Shown here piece after piece: positions 51,601 to 64,000 of a stretch of DNA of 64,000 bases. The notes beneath the pieces are model-generated. The model searched no databases. It was not told the DNA's origin and saw only the letters and a program-made list of their open reading frames with translations. The translations under genes were made by a program, and so were the position numbers. Positions within the stretch are counted from its first letter, which is position 1; each line of letters starts with the position of its first letter. The stretch lies in the NCBI RefSeq assembly GCF_028641065.1, contig NC_073378.1, positions 75,888,001 through 75,952,000 on the forward strand, in the 5' to 3' direction. Source of the stretch: Leucoraja erinacea. Taxonomy: Eukaryota.

Positions 51601-53135
51601 GCCACTTTCTTAAGTACCCTGGGATGCAGACCATCAGGCCCTGGGGATTTATCAGCCTTCAGTCCCATCAGTCTATCCAACACCATTTCCTGCCTAATGT
51701 GGATTTCCTTCAGTTCCTCTGTCATCTCAGATCCTCTGGCCACTACTATATCAGGAAGATTGTTTGTGTCCTCCTTAGTGAAGACAGATCCAAAGTACCT
51801 GTTCAACTCATCTGCCATTTCCCTTGTTCCCCATAATAAATTCACCTTTTTCACTCTTCAAGGGTCCAACTTTGGTCTTAACTAATTTTTTCCTCTTCAC
51901 TTACCTAAAGAAGCTTTTACTATCCTGCTTTATATTCTTGGCTAGTTTACCTTCGTACCTCATCTTTTCTCCCCATATTGTCTTTTTGGTTATCTTCTGT
52001 TGTTCTTTAAACATTACCCAATCCTCTTGCTTCCCCCTCATCTTTGCTACATTGTACTTCTTCGCTTTAATTTTTATACTGTCCCTGACGTCCCTTGTCA
52101 GCCATGGTCGTCCCTTTCTCCTCTTAGAAACTTTCTTCCTCCTAAGAATGAACTGATCCTGCACCTTCTGTGTTATTCCTAGAAACACCTGCCATTTTTG
52201 TTCCACTGTCATCCCTGCTAGTGTATCTTTCCAGTCAACTTTGGCCAGCTCCTCCCTCATGGTCCCATAGTCCCCTTTATTCAACTGCAACACTGACACC
52301 TCCGATCTACTCTTACTCCCTCTCCAATTGTAGATTAAACCTGACCATGTTATGGTCACTGCCTCCTAATGGCTCTTTAACCTCGAGGTCCTTTATCAAA
52401 TCCGGTTCATTACATAACACTAAATCCAGAATTGCCTTCTCCCTGGTAGGCTTCAATACAAGCTGTTCAAAGAATCCATCACAAAGGCACTCGACAAAGT
52501 CCCTTTCTTGGGGTCCAGTACCAACCTGATTTTCCCAGTCTACCTGCATGTTGAAATCTCCCATAACAACCACAGCATTACTTTTGCTACATGCCAATTT
52601 TAACTCCTGATTCAACTTGCGCCCTATGTCCAGGCGACTGTTTGGGGGCCTGTAGATTAGTCCCATTAGGGTATTTTTACCCTTACAATTCCTTAGTTCT
52701 ATCCATACTGACTCCACATCTCCTGTTTCAATGTCACCCCTTGCAAGGGAGTGAATTTCATTCCTCACCAACACGGCAACCCCACCCCCTCTGCCCACCT
52801 GTCTGTCTTTTCGATGGGAGGTATACCCTTGAATATTCAGTTCCCAGCCTTGGCCCATTTGCAGCCATGTCTCAGTAATTCCCACAACATCATACTTGCC
52901 AGTTTCTAACTGAGCTTCAAGCTCGTCCACTTTATTCCTTGTACTTCGCGCATTCATATATAGTACTTTGACCTCCGTATTCACTACCCCCCTTGCAATT
53001 GGCCCTGACCTTACTCTGTTGTCCATTCTCAAGCTTTCCTTCCCATTAATTTGAGAATCTTTTGTAATTTTTCCTGTAGCCACTTCCCCTTCAACTCCAT
53101 CTTTATACTCCCAATTTGTCAATCCCTCCCCCCCA
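48662..53135 (-). mobile_element. Long CR1 LINE (APE endonuclease plus RT) with a second CR1 nested at about 49809-51230
   Basis: LYMNARS, VGITETW, GGGVAVLV, IYRPP, MGDFN, LDLVL, SDH (APE motifs); RT motifs; two 3' tails at about 48662 and 49809. Confidence 0.95.
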
Positions 53136-54267
53136 CAATTTAGGACCTGGCGTGGGGGGACCACTGTGAGGGGGAAGAACAATGGAGGACCCGGCGTTGG
53201 GAAGTGTCGTGAGGGATGGGGGGAGAACATACGTGGACTTGACGTAGGACGATTTGCAACTTTGTCGCCACCGTTTATGGGGCGATAATTGCATACCCAA
53301 GCAAAGAATTTCGCTGTAACTTGTCACTTGTGACAATATAGTAAAGTATTCGGTGTTCAACAAGCTAGGAAGCATCCATCTAGTCCAAATGAAATCACTT
53401 TAAGCACAGCCAGTCTGTGTACCATTTTTCTACTATCCGTACTTCTAGTGACATGTGGTGGCAACCTCATCCTCAGTAAAGACCAATGTAAAGATTGTGT
53501 CTCAAATTTCAAAAGTGAGGACAGGCTTTTTCACGTGTACATTAGAGCAACTTCCTGACAGTTCTGGGATGAATGTAATGCAATCTAAGATAAGTAAATA
53601 AATATTAGAGAATCAAACATTGAATATAAACATTGAATATTGAACTTTATATATTGTATATAGAATGCAAACAAGTGTTCATTTTGATCAAAATATTAGG
53701 ATAAGAAATCTGCAAAAGGTGATAAATTTCAACATTAGCAACGATGTCATATACTATATGTTGGGCCTTAAGTTTGATTCTGAACAATCTATGTTGAATC
53801 TAGCTTAAATTGTCGCAGTAAAGTTAAACATAATTTCACCGTGAATGCGCTGCAAAGTTTATGATCCAGGATGGCATTGTTGTGATAAAGAAGGTGACAG
53901 CAATAAACTAAATTGCTGTCACTCAGTATTGGTTGTTTTGCTGGATGCAACTAAATAAGTTTTACCAATGGCTATGTTTGATCCTTTTGATTTTTATTGC
54001 CATATATATGACATTTCAAGGAAACTACATGAAGTCACGGAAAATAAACCCAAATCCTAAACCTTTCTTCTTATAAATATCTTAATGATTTGATGAGACA
54101 GATTTCTATTGAATTGTTTTAGTATACAACCATAAGTTGTTTTATCTGCTTTAGCTGTCAAGACCCCGAACACTGGAATTCCATTCCTTTCAACCCCTCT
54201 CCCATCCCCTCAATGTCTCTGCCTCTTAACTCCTGCATCATTCCTAAAAAGGTTTTGACCAAAGGGA

Positions 54268-54358
54268 TTGAAGGGTTTCGGCCCGAAACGTTGCCTATTT
54301 CCTTCGCTCCATAGATGCTGCTGCACCCGCTGAGTTTCTCCAGCTTTTTTGTGTAACC
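54268..54358 (+). mobile_element. Solo Penelope terminus with 14-bp TSD
   Basis: TSD tttgaccaaaggga at 54254-54267 and 54359-54372; gaagggtttcggcccgaaacgttgcc. Confidence 0.9.
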
Positions 54359-54521
54359 TTTGACCAAAGGGAGATGGGGAGATGGAGAACGAGCAGAAAA
54401 TAAAATTAGAGGAGATGGGGAAATGGGGTAGAAGATAAACAGTAATTGCCAAAATCAGGTCCCCCCTCTAAACTATTGCAAATTCTCAAAAGTATATATA
54501 CAATGTAAAGGTTTGGTTTAC

Positions 54522-54596
54522 CCGAGAGGAATGCAACCTTCTCCTTCAGTATTGGAAGGACCTCCATCGCCTTCATCTCATCATTTTTACGAAAAC
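54522..54596 (-). CDS. trio: Trio exon 2-equivalent (75 nt), (G)FRKNDEMKAMEVLPILKEKVAFLS(G)
   Basis: Translated by hand (not in the ORF track). Acceptor ...ccctttcag| and donor |gtaaac; phase 1/1. Peptide and length match human TRIO exon 2 as I recall it. Confidence 0.96.
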
Positions 54597-56001
54597 CTGA
54601 AAGGGAATCATATTAAAATCAGAGAAAAGCCATTTATCACAAACTTATTTCAAGCCTTAAACAAAAATCGAGAAATTCTATAAATATTTAAACTCCTATA
54701 TCTAAATGTCCTTTGACAATCTTAATTGGGCATTTATTATTTTTTAAACAAGATTTGTTTGTACCCCTCACATGCAGAAACTTTACTAAAACTATGTAAC
54801 AACCCAAATCGTCGACACAATTAGTTCTCCGATGAATTATTAACAGGAATCCAAATTCTTTGACTAAACCGGGTAACTAATTTTGGCAATGATGTAATAC
54901 AAAAGATTCTTCCGCTTTAGTCTTTCCATTCAATGATTATTATTCAACTGTGACTTGCATTGTGCTTTGTACCATTTCAACAGAAGGACTTAAAAGATTT
55001 GACTCCCCCCCCCCCCCCCTCCCCAACCTGCAGATTTCCTAGAAAAACATTGCTGATCATAATAGAACAGCTCTCGAGCCATAACCCTATGGTGTTATGA
55101 GCTCAGTATAAATTTTTCATGCAGACCTTATTTAAACACAGCCAAACATGTTTCCAATGTTCTCTCCCCCCCCCTCCCCCGCCTGTATTTAATAAGTAGA
55201 GGAGATATTATTTGTCCAGGAAAATTACAGAACAAGTAGGTCATTTATTCCTTTGTGTCTGCTCTACCATTCGTTCAATTTGATTTAACACCATTTTCTT
55301 GCCGAATCCCCAAAAACTGGATTCTAGCATAAATTTATCTTATCTCTGAATTTTCTCAACAACTCAGCATTCACAGCTCTCTTGCATATGTAATAACAAA
55401 AATGTACAATCCTCGGAAGAAAAAAATACTTTTCCTTTCAGTCTTTTATCCAGAGACCATTACATTTCCACTGGGGATAACATCCTCAGATACCTTCCCT
55501 GTCAAGCTCCAACACAATCTTCTGTGTTTCAATATGATTGCCCTTCCCTTGAAACACAAGGGTTGAAACACAAGGTAATATGGGCCCTATTATTTTTCAG
55601 AACTCAACTCCTTTATCTTCGGAATCAACCTGTAGAATCATCTTTGTCTCCTTAAATAATTTGGAGGACTCTGTGTGAGTCCTCCAAATGCCAACTTATT
55701 CATGCCCTGTATGGATATACCAAAACTTCCAAATGTTTGTACTAAAAGAAAATAGCAAACAATTGATTTTGCACTGACTTTCCCCATCTATGAAAGTTCA
55801 ATCTATGCAACAGTATGATTTTTCAGTAACAATTTTCATTTTTTTATTCTCTGCTTTACTGGGGCAACTGAATGATTGGCTATCTGCATACTCTCTGATC
55901 CTGTCCGGTATGATAGCTAGTACCAATTCTGATCTGCCTGATGGCTTCCCACACGTATATTCCATCAGTAACGACTGAGCGCTGTTTTTTTTAATATCCA
56001 T

Positions 56002-56275
56002 GGGTGGCACAGTGGTGCAACAGTAGAGTTGCTGCCTTACAGTGCCAGAGACCCGGGTTCGATCTGACCATAATCTTATAGGAACCTGAGAGGCAATTTT
56101 TTTTAGGTAGTTGAGGCAAGTACTATCACAAAATGTAAAAAACATTTGGACTGTTACATGGATAGGATAGGTTGATAGGGATATAGGCCAAATGCAGGCA
56201 AGTGGGACTAGAGCAGGGAGGGCATGTTGGTCGGCATGGGCAAGTGGGCCAAAGGACCTGTTTCCACCCTATATG
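56002..56275 (+). mobile_element. HE1-like SINE head followed by a CR1 3' fragment
   Basis: gggtggcacagtggtgcaacagtagagttgctgcc...gggttcgatc; then gtgggactag...ggacctgtttcc tail. Confidence 0.7.
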
Positions 56276-56479
56276 CCTCAATAAAATTGAATTTAATATC
56301 TGAACTAAATTTCTTTTGCCACATTTTTGCAGGTTATTAACAAAGTGGCATTGCCTGGGAAGAACAAAGTTCTATCTCATTTAATTTATCTTTTAGAGCG
56401 ATGCACCTGAATAAAGGTTTGATTATGTTCAAATTGTCACAATCCATTGTTAAGTAGCTGATACAGCACACGTAAAATT

Positions 56480-57510
56480 ATGATACAATTAAGTGTAATC
56501 AACATAGCTTTATGAAGGGAATGTCACATTAGGATAAGGTTGTTATCTAACAAAATTCTAAGAATATAATTTGCAAAGAGAAGGAGGAAGACCACTGGAT
56601 GTATATGGATTTCCAAAAAGGCATTTGATAAAGTAACACTCAAAAGGTTATTGCATAAAACTAAGCTCACACATTTAAAGGTTAGCTTGTGGGTCACTTA
56701 AAGTGCACAAATAGAGATTAGGAATAAGTAGATATCAAATTTTAATGAGGGTATATTTTTTGTGGAGGGATTAGTTCTGGGCTCTGAACTTCATAATTTG
56801 TATAAAGACATGAATGAAATGCTAAAGTGTAATTCTCATAAGATGAGAGGGGCAAAGTTTAAAGGAAATGTATCCTACAGGTTATTTTTTTAACGATGAG
56901 TTCTTAGAAGGTGCTGCCAAGGATGGTGGCGGAGTGGCATTTAAGAGACTTTTAGATATGCAGGGAATGGGTGGATATGGATCACGTGCAGGCAGAGGAG
57001 ATTAATTTAACTTGGCATCATGCTCGGCATGGACATTATGGGCCGAAGGGCCTGTTCCTGTGCTATACTGTTCAATGTTCTATGAATACAAGTCTGTTGA
57101 TGATATAGAGCTGGAACGAAAAGTGAGCTGAGTGGATGATGCAGGGGGCTAGAGACAAATAACCAAAAATTAGGTGTGCTGATGAATAGGATAGATGCCA
57201 CGGAACTATTTATTCTAACTGGGGAGTCTAGAAAAGGAAAACATGATCTTAAGACAAGGTATCAGTCATTTATGGATGACGTAAGAACACATTTCTTTGT
57301 GTAAAGAGGGTTGTAATTATTTGGTTTTCTTTGCCTTTGTGAATGTTCTGTCATTGATTATATCCAAGGCAAAGATCAACATAAACGTGAGGATATGGGG
57401 CTTAGTGATAAAACGAGCAATGTGCATGATCAGCCATGATCTTACTGAATGACAGAGAAAATTAAAAAATAACCAGATGGCTTACTTTCAACTTTTCATA
57501 TTCTTATAAG
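56480..57510 (+). mobile_element. Old CR1 remnants
   Basis: atggatttccaaaaaggcatttgataaagt (DFQKAFDKV-like); gggccgaagggcctgttcctgtgct tail. Confidence 0.65.
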
Positions 57511-58169
57511 ACTAAAACATCAGTTGAATCCTGAGTGTATTTCAAAATCGACAAGCAGCCAACATTCCAGCTATATTACTGAAATGCTGTCCTCTTGAAC
57601 TAGCTGTGCCTCGAGCCAAAATATCTCAGTACAGTTGCAACACTGGCTACCGCACAAAAATGTTGAACATTTCTCTTGTAAGTCAATGCCGTAGAAGATA
57701 GAAATAGGACCTTCAAGGGCCTATTGTCAGTGTTCACAAACAAAAACAGGACAGATCCATTGCAGCTGAATACCTTCTGAATCAAAGGTAAAGTGATGGA
57801 AATTATGCTTGAAAGTGGGGATTTTGCCTAGACCACTTGGCTCCAGATCTCATCTCAATCTTGATCCAAACATGGATCCAAGAGCTGAGTTCCAGGTGCA
57901 AGGTTGGGATGCCTGCCCTTGGTGTTGTGGCAAGTCTTGAACAAGTGTAGTATCAAGATGCCCTGGTAAACCTCAAGACAAATGGAATTGAAGTGAATGC
58001 ACTCATGTGGATAATGGAAGATGGTTGCAGCTGTGGGAGGTCGAACTACCAATTTTGGGGTTCCACAAGACAACCTAAAGAATTTGTTAGCCAAACTAAT
58101 TTCAGCTGCTGCATTAATGGCCTTCCATTATCATCAGACCAAAGGTGGTCATGTGTTTTTTGGTTCTAA

Positions 58170-59386
58170 AGATACGGCATGTGAACAGGCCAAACGGCCC
58201 ACCAAGCCTGCACCAACCAGCTATTCCTACACACACTATGGACAATTTACAATTTTCCCAAGCCAATTAGCCTACATAGAAACATAGAAAATAGGTGCAG
58301 GATTAGGCCATTCGACCCTTTGAGTCTGCACCGCCATTCAATATGATCATGGCTGATCATCCAATTCAGTATCCTGTCTCCTTCTCTCCATACCCCCTGA
58401 TCCCTTTAGCCACAAGGGCCACATCTAACTCCCTCTTAAATATAGCCAATGAACTGGCCTCAACTACCTTCTATCCAGTCTTTCTTCATATGAAAGTCCT
58501 GACATCCCAGGAATCAGTCTGGTGAACCTTGTCTGTACTCCCTCTATGGCAAGAATGTCTTTCCTCAGATTAGGAGACCAAAACTGTATGCAATACTCCA
58601 GGTGTGGTCTCACCAAGGCCCTGTACAACTGCAGTAGAACCTCCCTGCTCCTACACTCAAATTATTTGCCTATGAATGCTAACATACCATTCACTTTCTT
58701 CACTGCCTGCTGCACCGGCATGCCTACTTTCAATGACTGGTGTACCATGACACCCAGGTCTCGTTGCATCTCCCCTTTACCTAATCGGCCACCATTCAGA
58801 TAATAGTTTACTTTCCTGTTCTTGCCACCAAAGTTGATAACCTCACATTTATCCACATTATACTGCATCTGCCATGCATTTGCACACTCACCCAACCTAT
58901 CCAAGTCACCTTGCAGCCTCCTAGCATCGTCCTCACAGCTAACACTGCCCCCCAGCTTCCTGTCATCCACAAACTTGGAAATGTTGCATTCAATTCCCTC
59001 TTCCAAATCATTAATATATATTGTAAATAGCTGGGGCCCAGCACTGAGCCTTGCGGTACCCCACTAGTCACTGCCTGCCATTCTGATAAGGACCCGTTTA
59101 CTCCTACTCTTTGCTTCCTGTCTGCCAGCCAGATCTCTATCCACATCAATACTGAACCCCCAATACCGTGTGCTTTAAGTTTGCATACTAATCTCTGATG
59201 TGGGACCTTGTGTGGGACCTACAAACCTGTGCATCTGTAGAGTGTGGGAGGAAACGGGATAAAACCCATGTAGGTCACGGCGAGAAAGTACAAACTCCGT
59301 ACAGGCAACACCCGAAATCAGGATCAAACCCGGGTCTTTGGCGCTGTAAGGCAGCAGCTCTACTGTTTCGCCACCATGCTGCCCCC
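58170..59386 (-). mobile_element. HE1-like SINE split by a CR1 3' fragment (58277-59215)
   Basis: SINE halves rejoin at cctaca, which is present on both sides of the insert; insert has GVPQGSVLGP and ISKFVDDRKLGG. Confidence 0.85.
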
Positions 59387-60039
59387 GTTCTCTGACACTG
59401 CACAGAGTCCATGCCTCCATGGAGTAAGACTTGGACAGGCTTCGACAGGGGCTGAGAAGTGGTAGGTAACATTCACTTTGGATAGATGCAGGCAATGTTT
59501 ATATTCAACAAGAGGGCATCTAACTGCCTATCATTCAAGATGTTACCACTGTCAAATCTTCACTATCAATATCCTCGGGCTCATCAGTCACCGGAAATTA
59601 AAATGGACTAGCTGCTCAAATATTGCGGCTACGCGAGTAATTCTGAAGCTGAAAATATTATGACAAGTGATTTACATTCTGAGACCTCAAATCCTCTCAT
59701 TTATCTACAAGGCACAACACAGGAGTGTGACGGGATACTTTCCTGCTGCCTGGATGACTGTAGTGTCAACTGCTCTTAAGAAACTTAACATTATCCAAAA
59801 TAATGTAGCTCTCTTGAATTTGATGCCATCAACCAGCTGCAGTGTGTAACGTCTATTGACGGCACTGCTGTTACTCATCAAGGCATACAGTCCTCATTAT
59901 GCTCCTGATTATGATATGCCAATGTACAAGCTAGCAACTGATCTTCTCCATAAAGACCTGGTCTTTTGCTAGAAATTGTAATGTCTTTACCTGTTACGGA
60001 CTTACAGCATATAATACAATAATATTAAAGTTCTGATCT

Positions 60040-60478
60040 TGAGAATATCACATTTTTTAATTTTCAAGGCAGTCTGGGTGTTTATTACTATTTCCGTCAC
60101 AACGGTCAATTTTGTAATTAACTACAATTAGGTAATTAACTAATTATATGCTTTAATTTCATGTCATCCAAGTAAGATATTTCATATTTGTTTCAGAATG
60201 CTTTCATCTATAATAAATGAAATTTTCATTCAGTTCTCTTAATTTTTAAGAAAGCCAAGGGCTTTTGACTGTCCTCGATCACAGCTTTTGTGTTAAGTCA
60301 ATGGAAAAGCAATAGGGAACAAGATGCTAATTTCCGAGTATGTAAATGACCATAACTTTTTTAATACTGAAGATATGAAAATGAATTAGGTATCAAATTA
60401 AAGTTATTTTTATGCTTTACCTGATGGGATAAATTACAGGCTTGATTTTTAAAATCTCAAAATGTTGTAACATTCCTA
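60040..60478. mobile_element. AT-rich DNA-transposon-like terminus (hAT-like TAGG.ATG end on minus strand)
   Basis: Minus strand begins taggaatgttacaacattttgag; the second end was not located. Confidence 0.3.
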
Positions 60479-60510
60479 CATTGTATCAGTAGAACAAATC
60501 AACCAGTTTA

Positions 60511-60820
60511 GGGTACCAGAGTGGCACAGCTGGTAGAGATACTGCCTTACAGGAATAGAGACCCAGGTTCGATCCTGACCTTGTGTGCCGTCTGTGTGGA
60601 GTTTGCACGTTCTCCCTGCGACCGCGTGGGTCTCCTCCGGGTGCTCTGGTTTCCACCCACATCCTAAGGACGCGGGTTTATAGGTTAATTTGTCCCTAGT
60701 GTGTAGGGAGTGAATGTGGAAATGCGATAACACAGAACTAGAGTGAAGGGGTGATCAACAGTCAGTGTGGACTTGGTGGGCCGATGGGCCTGTTTCCATG
60801 CTGTGTCGTTTAATCAATCA
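60511..60820 (+). mobile_element. HE1-like tRNA-derived SINE, near full length
   Basis: A box gtggcacagctgg, B box ggttcgatcc, CR1-type tail gggccgatgggcctgtttccatgctgt. Confidence 0.88.
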
Positions 60821-61839
60821 ACATTTTTGAATAAGTTAGACAATACATAAATTAATTATTTGTGCCAAGATATTAATCCATGGGTAAAAAAAAATTGCAA
60901 GCATGTGTCCTTTTCTATATTTTTATGAAAAACTGATTGTATTAAAAACTGCAATTTCAGTTGAGGATCATGAACCAGTGCTTAATTCCAATCATTAACT
61001 AACTGGCATTTGACTCCCATATCAATAATTTATTTTCCTGCTTGAGAAGTAATCATTCATGTAAGGTGTTGTACATCTCTGATGTATCTGCAGAGATTTT
61101 TCACTGTAATCCTTGTTCTGAATGTCAAGAGATATTTCCCATTGCAGAGAAACTGAGTTAACTGGATGACATCAGCTTCATTTTATGCTGAGGATGCAGG
61201 CATACATGGATGGACTAGTACAATTATTTATGGTGCCAATTCTGTTGTGATTTACAACATAGATCATGTGCAATCTAGTTCTAACTGGCTGAAGCAGCTG
61301 TAATGCATCAGTCAGCAGTTTATTTTAAATGTGTCTCAGTATCTCTCGAAGAGAGACTTAATTTTTTTTTCAAAAACTCAAACTTAGTAGGGTTCTGGAA
61401 GTACTCAAAGTAATCAATGAACTGAATCATTTAGCAAGCACTTACTATTCTTGGACAAAGCATGGCTGAGATATGGTAACAGCTGACTAACTTGTGGGCC
61501 TCTTTCAATGTCAGTTGGCAGCAACTGCAAATAGGTACATGGAACAAAGAAAATTATACAACTTGGAAGGAGAATACTGGTCTATTACATCTATGTTCGA
61601 TAAAAAAAGAGCTAACTAGCTATCTCATTCCAGGCTCAATCCATCTGTTGCCTTGCATAGCGTCACAGAGCAGGGAAACGGGCCCTTCAGGTCAATAACT
61701 AGTGAATGTCACATTGTTGGTATGTCAGGCCAACTGGGGAATTCTCTCCATTATCTGAAATATAGTATAAGTGTTTTGGTCATCTGATGGGGTGGCGCAG
61801 CGGTAGTGTTGCTGCCTTATGGCGCTAGAGACCTGGGTT

Positions 61840-62415
61840 CAGTTCAGTTTAGTTTATTGTCACGTGTAACGAGGTACAGTGAAAAGCTATTGTTGCATGC
61901 TAACCAGTCAGCAGAATGACAAAATATGAGGACAATCGAGATATTTACAATGTATAGATACATGATAAGATAATAACATTTAGTGCATGGTGAAGCCAGC
62001 AAAGTCCGGTCAAGAATAGTCAGAGGGTCACCAATGAGGTAGATAGTAGTTCAGCGCTGCTCTCTGGTTGTGGTAGGATGATTCAGTTGTCTGATAACAG
62101 CTGGGATGAAACTGTCCTTGAATCTGGAGGTGTGCATTTTCACACTTCTATACCTTGTGCCTGATGGGAGAGGGGAGAAGACGGAGTGGTGCTGCTGGCC
62201 TTGTCGAGGGAGCGTGAGGTATAAAAGGAGTCAACAGAAGGGAGGTTGGTTTGTGTGATTGGCTGGGCTGCGTCCACAATTCGCTGCAATTTCTTCAAGT
62301 CTTGGCGCGAGCTGTTCCCAAACCTTGCTGTGATGCATCCTGATAAAATGCTTTCTATGGTGCATCTGTAGAAGTTGGATATAGTTGCCAAACGTCCAAA
62401 GCCTTCTAAGGTAGT
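61840..62415 (-). mobile_element. Rex1/Babar-like LINE 3' end
   Basis: NFYRCTIESILSGCITARFGN...KKLQRIVDAAQ; aataaactaaactgaactgaac tail; preceded by a SINE head at 61790-61842. Confidence 0.85.
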
Positions 62416-62439
62416 TGAAAATGAATATATGGTTTGTTT

Positions 62440-63120
62440 GAAGTAAAAAGGCACTGCCTGCAAATGGTTGTTTGGATGCTTTGGCTTGAAGTTGAAAGGC
62501 ACTACTTACTGCAAATGGTGGCATGAAGTTGAAAGGCACTACTTACTGCAAATGGTGGATTGGGAGCTTTGGTTTAAAGTTCAAAATCACTATTTACTGC
62601 AAATGGTGGATTGGGTGTTTTGGCTTGAAGTTGAAAGGCACTACTTACTGCAAATGGTGCCTTGGGAGCTTTGGCTTGGTTTTAATAAAAAAACACCATT
62701 CTCTCTGCTGCCCCTGCTGGAGGGAGGGGGAGGGACTATAAAACCAGGAAGTGGTGTGCCTCACTCACTCTCTGCAAGATGGATGAAGCCAAGGGTCACG
62801 TCTCTCTGAGCTCTGAATAACACTGAACAAATGTCTACACAACTGTGAGTACCCTTAATGTGGTTTGAAAATGAAAATATGGTTTGTTTGAAGTCAAAAG
62901 GCATTACATACTGCAAATGGTGGCTTGGGTGCTTTGGCTTAAAGTTGAAAGGCACTACTTACTGCAAATGGTGGCTTGGGTGCTTTGGCTTGAGGTTGAA
63001 AGGCACTACTTACTGCAAATGGTGGCTTGGGTGCTTTGGCTTGAAGTTGAAAGGCACTACTTACTGCAAATTGTGGCTTGGGTTCTTTGGCTTGAAGTTT
63101 AAAGGCACTACTGCAAATGC
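62440..63120. repeat. 51-bp minisatellite in two blocks (about 62440-62680 and 62890-63120)
   Basis: Unit gaagttgaaaggcactacttactgcaaatggtggcttgggtgctttggctt; both blocks are preceded by ttgaaaatgaa.atatggtttgtttgaagt. Confidence 0.92.
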
Positions 63121-63499
63121 ACTTACTTCCTGTTTGCACTGTATATTGATTTTAGATAAAACGCTACACTTACGGCTCTGATTTTTGGCCATCTTACTCA
63201 GTCCCCCCTCCACTGAGCAGGTGCAGAGAATTCTTCCCATCAATGAAAAATAAAAGTGTTATTAGTGTTTAAAAAATGTTGAGAATCTCTCTCTTGTCAA
63301 TCACGCCTTGAAAGCCACACCTTTTCCTGTGGGAGGGGGAGGGGTTATAAAACCCAGAAGTGTGGGTGTGGCTCAGTCTCTGCATGATGGGGGAGGGAGC
63401 GGTCATGACTCTGTCTGAGCTGTGAATCAACTGAACACACTGAATGTCTACTGAACTGTGAGTTTGGTGTTTTGTGTGGTTTTATGGTGGTTTCATCCT

Positions 63500-63800
63500 G
63501 CATGAAATGGTATGAAGCTGCATTTGAATTTGGTGGCATTGGACCATGCTTGAAGTGGAATAAAACTGCACTGAATTTGGTGGCCTTGCACCCTGCTGAA
63601 AATGGTATGAAACTGCACTTATATTTGGTGGCCTTGGATCCAGCTTGAAGTGGTATGAAACTGCACTTGAATTCGGTGGCATTGCACCCTGCTCATAGTG
63701 GTAAGAAACTGCACTTGAATTTGGTGACCTTGAACCCTGCTTGAAATGGTAGGAACATAGATTTGAATTTGGTGGACTTGCACCCTGCTTGAAATGGAAA
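63500..63800. repeat. 48-bp minisatellite (about 6 copies) within a repeat element that runs off the window end
   Basis: Unit gcttgaaatggtatgaaactgcacttgaatttggtggccttgcaccct. Confidence 0.88.
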
Positions 63801-64000
63801 TTCAAGGAATAGTCATGAGTCAACTGCCAGCCCACCAGCCGTGAGTGAGCTGCCAGCAGATCAGGCTTGAGGGACTGAGCTGCCACCCCAAGAACCCATA
63901 CCAGCACTCCAGAAAGCCCCCCCCCCACTGGCCACCAATATTGGAATTGGTGGAGAGGTGGAATATTGCGTCGGGGGACCAGCCCTCCCATGTGAACATG

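Noticed and set aside
53895-53921. Small hairpin gtgacagcaat-aaactaa-attgctgtcac
   Set aside because: An 11-bp stem is too short for a pre-miRNA and has no other support.
2369-54596. Alternative call of the host gene as kalirin (KALRN)
   Set aside because: Residues such as NDEMKAM.VLP, SEEVCKRG, VVDPSQLTPEFDGCL and EWIEIRVAFED match TRIO rather than KALRN as I recall them.
60511-60590. tRNA-like A/B boxes (also 28740-28778, 47975, 56002, 59330-59386, 61790)
   Set aside because: These are SINE heads continuous with SINE bodies; no cloverleaf, so not tRNA genes.
62440-63800. Regular repeats resembling a CRISPR array or a repeat-protein gene
   Set aside because: Units are contiguous with no unique spacers, the context is eukaryotic, and the ORFs arise only because unit lengths are multiples of 3.

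Overview
Eukaryotic, repeat-rich vertebrate DNA, most likely from a cartilaginous fish such as a skate or ray (inferred from the HE1-like tRNA-SINE, CR1/HER1-like LINE and Penelope content). The window lies inside the 5' half of trio on the minus strand. Eight coding exons are present, equivalent to human TRIO exons 2-9 (75, 115, 193, 513, 123, 192, 132 and 231 nt; all GT-AG; SEC14 domain plus first spectrin repeats). Exon 1 and exon 10 onward are outside the window. The introns hold CR1, L2, Rex1/Babar-like and Penelope retroelements, SINEs, and Tc1/mariner, Harbinger and hAT-like DNA elements. Three observations stand out. (1) An intact 214-nt first coding exon of a divergent ADP-ribosylhydrolase (ADPRHL1/ARH2-like) gene lies antisense in trio intron 5, with a degenerate catalytic motif; I could not find its downstream exons by eye. 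(2) Two near-identical inverted CR1 copies bracket exons 6-9, whose back-spliced circle would be a 678-nt stop-free ORF with AUG at the junction. (3) About 15 Penelope termini carry minimal hammerhead-ribozyme motifs, several sense to the trio pre-mRNA. Protein comparisons are from memory of the human sequences, not from a database search, and the edges of old repeats are approximate.
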